Shown piece by piece: positions 54,838 through 64,000 of a stretch of DNA of 64,000 nt (the first letter of the stretch is position 1; every line of letters begins with the position of its first letter). This DNA comes from an uncultured Acidobacteriota bacterium (GTDB lineage Bacteria; Acidobacteriota; UBA6911), in the NCBI GenBank assembly GCA_963827655.1, contig CAWHCF010000034.1, forward strand, positions 1 through 64,000, read 5' to 3'. A program made the translations under genes and the position numbers. Below the pieces are notes generated by a model that made no database searches, was not told the DNA's origin, and was given only the letters and a program-made list of their open reading frames with translations.

Positions 54838-54927
54838 AAATTCAGTGACAGGCACCAAATTGCGCTGTTAAGAGAGGCCAAAAGACTGGCGTTTCTGCCA
54901 CGCAATTGGAGCCTGTCACCGAATTTC
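54838..54927. repeat. Palindromic element between murC and ftsQ
   Basis: AAATTCAGTGACAGGCACCAAATTGCG / CGCAATTGGAGCCTGTCACCGAATTT. Confidence 0.75.
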
Positions 54928-54934
54928 GTCACAA

Positions 54935-56314
54935 CTACGTTCCCGTATGTTCTTCCCTTTCAAGAAACTCGTCCGCCAGCTTCCAGACGTCCCCGGCCCC
55001 GAGCGTGATCAGAAGGTCCCCGTCAGCGATTCTTTCCTTGATGATCTGACGGGCCGCGGCAAAGCTCTCGGCATAGGTGACGTCTCGGTGCCCGAATTTT
55101 TTCACTTGAGCCGCCAGGTTCTCAGCCGTCACACCCGGGATCGGTTCCTCGCCGGCAGGATAGATCGGCAGCACGATCAGAACGTTAGAGTGGTAGAAAG
55201 CCCGGGCAAAATCCTCTTCGAGGGCCTGCGTTCGGGTATAGCGATGGGGTTGGAACACCGCTACGATTCGCCGCTCGGAGGATTGGCGCGCCGCGCTCAA
55301 GGTAGCGATGATTTCCGTCGGATGATGGCCGTAATCATCGACAACAAGAACCCCCTCGCGCTCTCCCTTGATCTGGAATCGGCGATCGGCGTTCTGGAAG
55401 GTCGCCAGGGCATCGGCAATCCGGCCGAAGGGTATACCCAGTTCCAGTCCCACTGCGATCGCCGCCACAGAGTTCAGGACACTGTGCTGGCCCGGCACCT
55501 GGAGGCGGATCTTTCCGAGCAGCTTGCCGTGATGACTCACGCTGTAGGCGGCGCCAAAGTCTTCGAACTCAATGTGGAAAGCCATCAGGTCGGCCTGCCC
55601 GCCGGTGCCATAGGCCACAATGCGGCGCTGGATCCGCGGGATCACAGCCTGGACGTTCGGATCTTCCAGGCAGAGGATGGCCGACCCGTAAAACGGAACT
55701 TTATTGGCAAAGGCTGCGAAGGCGTCCAGGATCGCTGACAGATCCGTATAATGGTCCATGTGCTCCCGGTCAATGTTTGTGATGACCGCGATGGTCGGGC
55801 TCAGTTTCAGAAACGAACCGTCGCTTTCATCGGCCTCGGCGACGATGAAGTCTCCTTTTCCCAGCTTGGCATTGCTCCCGAGGGCGTTGAGCCGCCCTCC
55901 AATTACCACGGTGGGATCGTGGCCGGCATGGACCAGGACAGTCGCAATCATCGAAGTGGTGGTGGTCTTGCCGTGGCTCCCGGCTACGGCGACGCCGTAT
56001 TTGAGCCGCATGAGCTCGGCCAGCATTTCGGCTCTCGGAATCACCGGAATCTGCCGCTTCTTGGCCTCGAGAATTTCTACGTTGTCGGGACGGACAGCCG
56101 ACGAGACCACCACGACATCGGCGTTGGCAACATTGTCGGGAGAATGAGACGGGGAGATCTTTCCTCCCAGGGACTGCAGCCGCTGAGTGACAGCGCTCGC
56201 CTTGACATCCGAGCCGGAGACCTTGTAACCCAGATTGAGCAGGAGCTCAGCAATGCCACTCATCCCGATGCCGCCGATTCCCACGAAATGAATCCGTTGT
56301 ATCTTCTGAAACAT
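54935..56314 (-). CDS. murC: UDP-MurNAc-L-alanine ligase
   Basis: [34 protein letters not shown]. Confidence 0.97.
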   Translation of the reverse strand: MFQKIQRIHFVGIGGIGMSGIAELLLNLGYKVSGSDVKASAVTQRLQSLGGKISPSHSPDNVANADVVVVSSAVRPDNVEILEAKKRQIPVIPRAEMLAELMRLKYGVAVAGSHGKTTTTSMIATVLVHAGHDPTVVIGGRLNALGSNAKLGKGDFIVAEADESDGSFLKLSPTIAVITNIDREHMDHYTDLSAILDAFAAFANKVPFYGSAILCLEDPNVQAVIPRIQRRIVAYGTGGQADLMAFHIEFEDFGAAYSVSHHGKLLGKIRLQVPGQHSVLNSVAAIAVGLELGIPFGRIADALATFQNADRRFQIKGEREGVLVVDDYGHHPTEIIATLSAARQSSERRIVAVFQPHRYTRTQALEEDFARAFYHSNVLIVLPIYPAGEEPIPGVTAENLAAQVKKFGHRDVTYAESFAAARQIIKERIADGDLLITLGAGDVWKLADEFLEREEHTGT

Positions 56315-56349
56315 GGCCGCGTGCTTCGTCTCTTAGCGGTTGGCTCCGG

Positions 56350-57423
56350 TCACTTTCGCGCCAACTCCATCAACAGGTCTGCAATTTGCCGGGTGGCATC
56401 GGGCTTGCCCAGTTTTCGAGCGGCTTCTTCCATCCGGGTCAGCCGCTCCGGATGGTGGAGAAAGTCTCGAACCTCTGCAGCGAGCCGATCGGGAGTCAAT
56501 TCCGCCTCAGGGATCATTCGGGCGGCGCCTAACTCCTCGAGCGCCCGGGCGTTCCTGGTCTGGTGATCGTCTGTCGCTGCCGGGAAGGGAACTAGAATCG
56601 CGGCTTTCCCCGCTACCGTAACCTCCGCGATAGTTCCAGCCCCTGCCCGGGACAGGAGAAGATCTGCCGCGCCAAACTCTTCGTATATCCTCGGCAAAAA
56701 CGCCCGTACGTCGGCTTCGACCTGGGCTTCCCGGTAAGCTCTTTGTACCGGTTCCAGCTCTCGTTCTCCGGTCTGATGAATTATTCTGAGTCCTGGGCTC
56801 ATCTTCTTAAGTTCCTCGAGGGCAGCACACACGACCGTATTCAGAGCGTGACTTCCCTGGCTGCCTCCATAAACCAGCAGCGTAAGCCTTCCGGAACGAT
56901 GTTCCCTGACCGGGAGACTGCCGAATTCCGGCCGCACCGGAATTCCTGTGACCACGCCCTTCCCCCTGAAGTGCCCGCCATGGTCGGGCAGCGCCAGAAC
57001 CGCGCGATCCACCATCAGCGCGAGCCAGCGATTGGTGAGGCCGGGGTAAGCGTTCGGTTCGACGATCAGCGTGGGTTTGCGCCGCAGCCAGGAAGCCAGC
57101 AGCACAGGACCGGACGAGTAGCCTCCCAACCCGATCACGACATCCGGCGCGAAGTCTCGCACCAGACGGCGGGACTGAACCATGCCCCGCGGCACGAGCA
57201 GGGCACTGCGAACCGCTCTGGTCAGGCTGACGCCTTTCAGTCCTGCCGAATCGATAAACTCCAGCCGGAACCCTTCTTGAGGGACGATGCGGGATTCCAG
57301 CCCGCGGCGCGTGCCCACGAACAAGAACTCGCTCGACGAATCCCGGCGCTTCAACTCGCGCGCAAGGGCTACCCCGATATAAATGTGGCCGCCGGTTCCG
57401 CCGCCGGCGATCATGACCCGCAT
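56350..57423 (-). CDS. murG: Lipid II GlcNAc transferase
   Basis: GGGTGGH, GGSQG, RAGA.T, DHQT.NA. Confidence 0.97.
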   Translation of the reverse strand: MRVMIAGGGTGGHIYIGVALARELKRRDSSSEFLFVGTRRGLESRIVPQEGFRLEFIDSAGLKGVSLTRAVRSALLVPRGMVQSRRLVRDFAPDVVIGLGGYSSGPVLLASWLRRKPTLIVEPNAYPGLTNRWLALMVDRAVLALPDHGGHFRGKGVVTGIPVRPEFGSLPVREHRSGRLTLLVYGGSQGSHALNTVVCAALEELKKMSPGLRIIHQTGERELEPVQRAYREAQVEADVRAFLPRIYEEFGAADLLLSRAGAGTIAEVTVAGKAAILVPFPAATDDHQTRNARALEELGAARMIPEAELTPDRLAAEVRDFLHHPERLTRMEEAARKLGKPDATRQIADLLMELARK

Positions 57424-57541
57424 TCCGATTCGCGGATTGTGGATTGCGGATTGGGCAAGAGTCGTCATGATCATGAGGCGAAGAATCGATTTGAGCCGCA
57501 CACGTGAGGTTTTCCAATCCGCAATCCACAGTCCGCAATCG
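57424..57541. repeat. Inverted heptamer-array element (GGATTG[C/T] / AATCC[G/A]C) filling the ftsW-murG gap
   Basis: Three to four copies per arm around a ~60-bp spacer. Confidence 0.8.
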
Positions 57542-58642
57542 TTACGCGCCCTCTCCGTAATGGGAGATATTCAAAAGGACACCGGTGGCTAAAAGGTTCA
57601 ACATAAGGGAAGATCCCCCCTGACTGATGAATGGCAGGGCAATACCCTTGGTGGGCATCATGGCCAGCACCATCGAAATATTTATGAAGGCTTGAATGAC
57701 AATCATCAGGGTTATTCCCACGGCCAGATAAAAGCCGAATCGGTCGGGCGCCTTGAACGCGATCTTCATTCCGCGATAGAAGAAAACCAGGAACGCCACC
57801 GCGAGGAAACAGGTTCCCACCAGTCCTAGTTCTTCTCCAATGACCGCGAAGATGAAATCGCTGTGTGCCTCGGGAAGAAAGAAGAGCTTCTGCTTGCTGG
57901 CTCCCAGCCCGAGTCCCCACGGCCCGCCGCTGCCAACCGCAGTCAGCGATTGAGATATCTGCCAGCCTGCGCCCAGGGGGTCATAAAACGGATTCAGGAA
58001 CGACTTGATGCGGTCCCAGCGGAAGGCGACGCGGACTACTGCAAAGTAGGCCACAGGGATGGAGAGCAGGACGGCGACGGCAATGTACTTCCAGTTCAGT
58101 CCTGCCAGGAATAAGACCAGGGCGGCGATGACGATGACGCATACCGCCTGTCCCAAATCGGGCTCGATACCTATCAGCCCGGCGAAGACTCCTATCGCCG
58201 CAACGCAGGGGAGAAGGCCTCTCCAAGGCTGGTTGAGTTCGCTCTCGTGCTTGTGGAGGTAGGCCGCCAGAAACACCAGCAGGACGAGTTTTGCTATTTC
58301 CGACGGTTGAAACGAGATCAGCGGGCCGTAGCGCAGCCAGCGGTGAGCTCCATTAACGCTTGGCTGTGCCAGAACAAGCACGAGACTGGCGGCGCTCAGA
58401 ATGAAGAGCAGCTTCACCACCTTCTCTTTTTGCCAGAAGTGATAATCCAGATTGAGCAGAAAGACCATGGACAGAAATCCCAGGGCCGCATACGCAAGCT
58501 GGCGCAGGAAATAGTAGTAGGAGATGCCGAATTTCGTGGAGGCCACCACGGAAGAGGCGCTGTAGACCATGACGAGGCCGAAGATGGTCAAGAGGCTGGT
58601 GACGATGAACAGAAGTCGATCGCTGGTCGCTTTGTAGGCCAT
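57542..58642 (-). CDS. ftsW: SEDS peptidoglycan polymerase FtsW
   Basis: VYSAS, FQPSE, EPDLG, LPEAHSDFIF, EELG, PFIS.GG. Confidence 0.96.
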   Translation of the reverse strand: MAYKATSDRLLFIVTSLLTIFGLVMVYSASSVVASTKFGISYYYFLRQLAYAALGFLSMVFLLNLDYHFWQKEKVVKLLFILSAASLVLVLAQPSVNGAHRWLRYGPLISFQPSEIAKLVLLVFLAAYLHKHESELNQPWRGLLPCVAAIGVFAGLIGIEPDLGQAVCVIVIAALVLFLAGLNWKYIAVAVLLSIPVAYFAVVRVAFRWDRIKSFLNPFYDPLGAGWQISQSLTAVGSGGPWGLGLGASKQKLFFLPEAHSDFIFAVIGEELGLVGTCFLAVAFLVFFYRGMKIAFKAPDRFGFYLAVGITLMIVIQAFINISMVLAMMPTKGIALPFISQGGSSLMLNLLATGVLLNISHYGEGA

Positions 58643-60211
58643 TATTTCGATTGACGATTGACGATTGACGATTGACGATTGATGAACGATTGACGATTGA
58701 TGATTGCAGATTGACCAATGTGGATTGGAGAATAGCGAATGTCCGCCGCGCTTGAGCTGTGAATCGTCAATCTGCAATCGTCAATCGTCAATCGTAAATC
58801 GTCAATTGTCATCAGTTTGACCTGATCTTTCTTGAGTTCGTAAACCGCTTCCTTGAAGACTCTGCCGCGATGCTCGTAATCTTCGAACATGTCGAAGCTG
58901 GCGCAGGCAGGCGCCAGAAGAACCACATCTCCCGCGCGTCGAATGGCCGCGGCAGAGCTGAACGGCTTCGCGAAAGCTCTTCACTTCGGTTGTCTCAGCG
59001 GCTCCTGCGAGAGCTTTTCGTATTTTCCCGGCGGCCTCGCCCAAAAGCAGAACGTGCTTCACTTTCCGCTCGACCAGGGGGCGCAGGAGGGTGAAGTCGC
59101 CGGCCTTGTCACGGCCGCCCAGGATGACGTGGATGTTTCCCGGGAACGCCTCCAGTGACTTGATCGTCGCATCGACGCTTGTGGCCTTGGAGTCGTTGAA
59201 ATACTGAACCCCGTCGATTTCCGCCACCCATTCCAGCCTGTGCTCGACTCCCTTGAATGAGCGGACAACCTGCCGCATGGTTTGGGGAGCGGCGCCGGCC
59301 AGGAGAGCTATGGTCGAGGCTGCCAGCACGTTTTCCAGGTTGTGGTCGCCGCGCAGCGCGATGTCATCCTTCCGGAAGAGCTCGACATCGCCACCTTCGT
59401 CCCGGTAGACCAACCGGTCGTCTTGTACGAAAGTTCCGCGGTCTACACCGGCTCGCCGGCTGAAAAGGACCGCAGTGGCCCTCACTTCGGCGGCCAAACT
59501 TGCCGTGGGTGGATGGTCCGCATTCAAGACCGCGAAATCGGTTGATTTCTGATTCATAAAAATGCGGCGCTTGGCTTCCACGTAGTCGTCAAAACCGGCA
59601 TAGCGGTCGAGGTGGTTGGGGGTCAGATTCAAGATCGACGCCACCGCCGGACGAAATTCGTGAATGGCTTCGAGCTGGAAGCTGGAGAGCTCTACCGCGT
59701 AGATGTCATCCGGCCTCGAACTCGCCGCGTAGCTGATCAGGGGCGTGCCGATGTTCCCGGCTACGTGACCTTTGAGACCGGCGCCCAGGAGCAATTCACC
59801 GACCAGAGTGGTGGTGGTGGTCTTTCCATTCGTTCCGGTTATCGCCACAACCTTTCCTTTCAGATGCCGGTAAGCCAGCTCCACCTCGGCCAGGATCGGT
59901 ATCTCCGCTTTTCGACTCTCATCCAAGTACTCCAGGCTCAGAGGGACTCCGGGGCTGACCACGACAAAATCGCAGCGTCTGAAGCTCTCCGCCTGATGGC
60001 CTCCCAGTTCCAGGGTCAGCTCGCCGTGCCGTGCAAGCTCTCGCAAAGGAGCAATCGCTTTGTGCAAGACCTCTTCGCCTCTTGTGTCCGAAAGCACTAC
60101 CCGCGCTCCGCGTGAGAGCAGGAACCCGGTTGCCGCGATGCCGCTGCGCGCCGCGCCCACGACCAGCGCCGTGGTTCCTTCATAAGCTTCTTTATCCCGC
60201 CGCGGATCCAT
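58642..60211 (-). CDS. murD: UDP-MurNAc-L-Ala-D-Glu ligase (frameshift near 58935; 3' end uncertain)
   Basis: [27 protein letters not shown]; [13 protein letters not shown] in the next frame. Confidence 0.93.
58648..58811. repeat. Inverted heptamer-array element (GATTGAC)n / (GTCAATC)n between murD and ftsW
   Basis: About nine copies on one arm and six on the other, around a ~50-bp spacer. Confidence 0.9.
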
Positions 60212-60261
60212 GGGTCACAACACATTCAGCGTCTCTGCGTTTTCGTGGTGGAGAACGGAGT

Positions 60262-61377
60262 TCAGCGCAGCTTCAAGGTCGTAAGACTGAAGAGCGCAAA
60301 AAAGATCGCCATTATCCAGAAACGAATCACGACCTGGCTTTCGGTCCACCCGCCAAGTTCGAAGTGATGATGTACCGGGGCCATGCGAAAGATTCGCCTG
60401 CCGGTGAACTTGAACGACGCTACCTGCAAGATCACCGACAGAGCTTCGAGTACAAACACGCCCCCGATCATGGGAAGCAGGAGTTCCTGCTTGATCAACA
60501 CGGCCACGGCTCCGATCGCCCCGCCCAACGACTGGGATCCCACGTCGCCCATGAAGACCTGGGCTGGATGAGCGTTGTACCAGAGGAATCCCATGGTAGC
60601 GCCCACCATAGCGCCGCAGAAGATGGTTAGCTCCGCTGAATAGGGATTCTTGAACAGATCCAGATACTCCGCCATACGCGCGTGTCCTGTGACGTAGGTG
60701 AGGACGGTCAACGCCGAAGCCGCTATGATCACGCACCCGGAGGCTAAACCGTCCAGGCCGTCCGTAAGGTTCACCGCGTTCGACACGCCCACAAGAATAA
60801 ACAGGACGAAGAATGCGAGAGGAATCGCCAGTGGAATTCCGGGGAACTCCCATAGGCTGAGCTCCGGCGTGAAATTCTTGAAGAAAGGGACGCTGAGCCT
60901 GGTGCTGTAAAGGCCCCACTCGGACAGGTAGTAGAGAGAGACGCAGATCACGAGTCCGATCGTCGCCTGCCACAAGATCTTGGCTCTGGCCGTCATGCCC
61001 AGCGATCGCTTCCTGGTGACCTTGGAGTAGTCGTCCAGGAAACCAACGATGCCGAACAGAAGCGTGGCGATCATTGCCAGCCAGACGTACAGATTTGTGA
61101 GGTTTCCCCACAGGAGTGTGGCGGTGAGAATGCCAATGAGAATGAGTATCCCTCCCATCGTCGGGGTACCAGCCTTGGTCTTGTGAGACGAAGGCCCCTC
61201 TTCCCGGATCTGCTGTCCGATCTGAAATTTTCGCAAGCGACGTATCACCCAGGGTCCCATTACAAGGCAAATCAAGAGCGCAGTCAGGTAAGCCGCCGCC
61301 GTACGAAATGTGATGTACTGGAAGACTCGAAACGGCGGGATCACGCTATGCAGGGAGTAGAGAAAGTAATAGAGCAT
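60262..61377 (-). CDS. mraY: Phospho-MurNAc-pentapeptide transferase
   Basis: KAGTPTMGG, NAVNLTDGLDG, FMGDVG, APVHHHFE. Confidence 0.97.
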   Translation of the reverse strand: MLYYFLYSLHSVIPPFRVFQYITFRTAAAYLTALLICLVMGPWVIRRLRKFQIGQQIREEGPSSHKTKAGTPTMGGILILIGILTATLLWGNLTNLYVWLAMIATLLFGIVGFLDDYSKVTRKRSLGMTARAKILWQATIGLVICVSLYYLSEWGLYSTRLSVPFFKNFTPELSLWEFPGIPLAIPLAFFVLFILVGVSNAVNLTDGLDGLASGCVIIAASALTVLTYVTGHARMAEYLDLFKNPYSAELTIFCGAMVGATMGFLWYNAHPAQVFMGDVGSQSLGGAIGAVAVLIKQELLLPMIGGVFVLEALSVILQVASFKFTGRRIFRMAPVHHHFELGGWTESQVVIRFWIMAIFFALFSLTTLKLR

Positions 61378-62781
61378 CTACTTCGCCTCCTCCTGATAGC
61401 GCGCTCTCAGAGCAGTCACTATTTTTTCCAGGTGGACCCCGCGTGAGCCCTTCACCAGCACAATGTCCCCTGGCTCGAGCGTGCGCTCGACGAACTCCCG
61501 CGCCGAATCGACGTCATGGAAGAATCGGGATTCAGCGACCCCATTGTCCGCGGCGCCCCGGGCCAGTTCCAGGGCATGACCCTGCACGGCCACGATGATG
61601 TCGATGCCGCAGGCCGCCGCCCAGTTGCCGCACTCGTAGTGGAGTTCCGCCGATCCTTTTCCCAATTCCAGCATCTCGCCGGCCACGAGGATGCGACGCT
61701 TGGAGAAGCGCAGTTTGCCCAGCGTTTCAGTCATCTGCCTGAGGGCTGCCGGATTGGAGTTGTAGGAATCATCGATCAATGTGAATCCCTCTGTGAAGCG
61801 CACGATCTGGCCCCGCATTGGCGCGTAATCCAGCCCCGTCAAGCTTTCGATAACCTGGTCCATGGGGATTCGATAGAAGCGTCCCAGCGCGACGGCAGGG
61901 AGAGCGTTCATCACATAGTGGGTGCCGGCCATTGGGATCATGGCGCGGCGCGTCACTTCTTCGCACGATACCGTGAAACGCGTTTCCTTGAGGCCCGCGA
62001 GTTCAATTTCAGCCGCGCGCACGTCGGCCTGGGGCGACAAACCAAAGGATATTTTAGGCCCGGTGAATCTTCCCGCTATGGCTTGAACCAGGTCGTCGTC
62101 GGCGTTGTAGACCAGCGTTCCATTGGGTTCCAGCGCCTGAGCCAGTTCACCCTTGGCCTGCGCAATTTCTTCCAGAGAATCAAAGAACTCCAGGTGGACG
62201 GCTGCGACGGCCGTAATCACGCCGGCATCGGGACGGGCGATGCGGCACATCTCGGCGATTTCTCCCCGGGCGCTCATGCCCATCTCAAAGATCCCGATCT
62301 GGTCGTCATCGCTCAGGTTGAAAAGAGAGAGTGGGAGGCCGAACAGATTGTTGTAGTTTCCCGGGGAATGGTAAACGCCATATGCGCTCTTGAGAACGTG
62401 CGCCACAAACTCCTTGGTAGTGGTTTTTCCCACGCTTCCCGTGATGCCGACGAGGCTTCCGGGCCAATGACGGCGCACGGCGGCGGCGAGGTCCTTTAAC
62501 GCCTGGTGTGTGTCTTGCACCCGCACGACGATCGGGCCTCCGGCCGGCGCTTGGTCAAGCTCGTACCCGGAGTCCACGACGACTCCGCACGCTCCTCGGG
62601 CGAGGGCCGAGGCAACGTAGTCGTGGCCGTCGGCGTTCGGGCCCCGAATCGCGAAGAAGAGCTCGCCTGGCATCAGGGTGCGAGAATCGATGGAAATACC
62701 GGGAATAATGGTGTCACGAGAACCTGAAACGAGGATCCCGCCTGTGCTTGATTCCACCTCGCCGGCTGTGACCTGTGCCAT
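61378..62781 (-). CDS. murF: UDP-MurNAc-tripeptide-D-Ala-D-Ala ligase
   Basis: IDSR, TGSVGKTTTK, EMGM, DDSYNSNP, VKGSRG. Confidence 0.96.
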   Translation of the reverse strand: MAQVTAGEVESSTGGILVSGSRDTIIPGISIDSRTLMPGELFFAIRGPNADGHDYVASALARGACGVVVDSGYELDQAPAGGPIVVRVQDTHQALKDLAAAVRRHWPGSLVGITGSVGKTTTKEFVAHVLKSAYGVYHSPGNYNNLFGLPLSLFNLSDDDQIGIFEMGMSARGEIAEMCRIARPDAGVITAVAAVHLEFFDSLEEIAQAKGELAQALEPNGTLVYNADDDLVQAIAGRFTGPKISFGLSPQADVRAAEIELAGLKETRFTVSCEEVTRRAMIPMAGTHYVMNALPAVALGRFYRIPMDQVIESLTGLDYAPMRGQIVRFTEGFTLIDDSYNSNPAALRQMTETLGKLRFSKRRILVAGEMLELGKGSAELHYECGNWAAACGIDIIVAVQGHALELARGAADNGVAESRFFHDVDSAREFVERTLEPGDIVLVKGSRGVHLEKIVTALRARYQEEAK

Positions 62782-62861
62782 GGTCTGCCCCGGGATTATG
62801 GCCGCCGACGAGAAGTTTCCTCGATGTCGCCGGTCAATGAAGGTACGGTTTTGCGTCGACC

Positions 62862-64000
62862 TCACTTTTGTCGTGCGCCTCGATAGTCAAGAAGTTCGTG
62901 GAGGATCTCTCGCGCGATACTCCGATCATCGAAGGGGAAAGCCTCGGTTCCGATGACCTGGTAAGTCTCATGTCCTTTGCCTGCGATCAGGACCACATCA
63001 CCCTCCCCGGCTTCATGAAGTGCGACCCCAATGGCTTCCCTTCGATCCGCGATTCGACTGTAGTCGCCGCCGCCACTCTTTAGGCCAGGCTCGATTTCCG
63101 ACAGGATCCTCTCCGGATCCTCCGTCCGGGGATTGTCCGATGTGACAATCACGCGGTCGCTTCGCCGCGAGGCGATTTCTCCCATGAGAGGCCGTTTCTT
63201 CCGGTCGCGGTCGCCGCCGCAGCCGAAGACGGTGATGATTTTCCGATGCGGGAGCTGCGATAGCGTTTCCAGCGCTTTTTCCAGGGCATCCGGGGTGTGC
63301 GCGTAGTCGACTACGACCGTGAAAGGCTGGCCGCAGTCGACCCGTTCCATGCGACCCGGTACGCCCTGGGACGACTCGATCCCGGCACGGACAGATTCCA
63401 GTGGAATGCGCAGACCGATGCTTGCGCTGACGGCGGCGAGGATGTTGTACGCATTCGGACGGCCAATCAGTCCCGACCTGAGGCTAAGTTCACCCTCGGG
63501 TGTCGCAATCCGAAGATCGCTGCTGCGGGTCCCCTGGCGCAAATCCAGTGCCCTGACATTGGCTTCGGATCTAAAACCGTAGCGAAGGACCGGGCAGGGA
63601 ACCTCACCTGCAAGCCGCTCCCCCCATGGATCATCGATGTTAACGGCGGCGAGATCGACCCGGTTTTCGCCTTCCGGCACAAAAAGGAGTCGCTTGGCCT
63701 GGTAGTAAGACTCCATATCATTATGAAAATCGAGGTGATCCGGTGTCAGGTTCGAGAAGACGCCGATTGCGAACTTTATTCCCAGTACTCTCTTTAACGC
63801 GAGGGCATGCGATGAGACTTCCAGGGCGCCGTGCGTAGCCCCGGCAATCACGGCCCTTCGCAGGAAGAGCAGGAGGTCAGGACACTCGGGTGTCGTGCGC
63901 TCGCTCGGAAACGGACTATCTCCAATCTGCATTCCGAGTGTCCCGACCAGACAAGACTTCAGTCCCGCAGCGCGAAAGATGGTATGGATTAGAAAGGATG
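62862..64000 (-). CDS. murE: UDP-MurNAc-dipeptide-meso-DAP ligase (5' part lies outside the window)
   Basis: TTPE, EVSSH, DHLDFH, DYAHTPD, DNPR, AGKGHE. Confidence 0.96.
   Translation of the reverse strand, partial: SFLIHTIFRAAGLKSCLVGTLGMQIGDSPFPSERTTPECPDLLLFLRRAVIAGATHGALEVSSHALALKRVLGIKFAIGVFSNLTPDHLDFHNDMESYYQAKRLLFVPEGENRVDLAAVNIDDPWGERLAGEVPCPVLRYGFRSEANVRALDLRQGTRSSDLRIATPEGELSLRSGLIGRPNAYNILAAVSASIGLRIPLESVRAGIESSQGVPGRMERVDCGQPFTVVVDYAHTPDALEKALETLSQLPHRKIITVFGCGGDRDRKKRPLMGEIASRRSDRVIVTSDNPRTEDPERILSEIEPGLKSGGGDYSRIADRREAIGVALHEAGEGDVVLIAGKGHETYQVIGTEAFPFDDRSIAREILHELLDYRGARQK

Overview
High-GC (roughly 60%) bacterial chromosome segment, most consistent with an Acidobacteriota genome (inferred from gene content). 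Many single-base frameshifts fall in essential genes (ftsZ, murD, glpK), which points to uncorrected long-read indels. Left part (1-20.6 kb) is an accessory, deletion-scarred region: a sigma54-driven chaperone operon (dnaK stub, dnaJ/cbpA, cbpM, clpB) followed by an eCIS-effector-like papain-fold protein, a P-type ATPase, redox/stress genes, a 139-bp MITE, a sigma54 promoter followed by a ~245-nt highly structured non-coding sequence, a cytochrome c/PQQ dehydrogenase pair and a PIN toxin-antitoxin pair. Middle (20.6-41.5 kb): tRNA-Arg(TCG), His and Arg(TCT), separated from tRNA-Pro(TGG) by ~20.5 kb of hydrolases, regulators, a B12 radical SAM, a CPAF-like S41 protease, an RRM protein and a cold-shock protein. 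Right part is core genome: hsp20-lon, rdgB-rph, rhomboid-glpK, a patatin-Omp85 fusion and the dcw cluster (murE to ftsZ, without murB/ddl). Intergenic spaces carry at least five families of palindromic repeats. One family is made of inverted heptamer arrays, and one of its copies still encloses a four-helix-bundle gene fragment. Best candidates for undescribed biology are the sigma54 ncRNA and the heptamer-array/four-helix-bundle elements.
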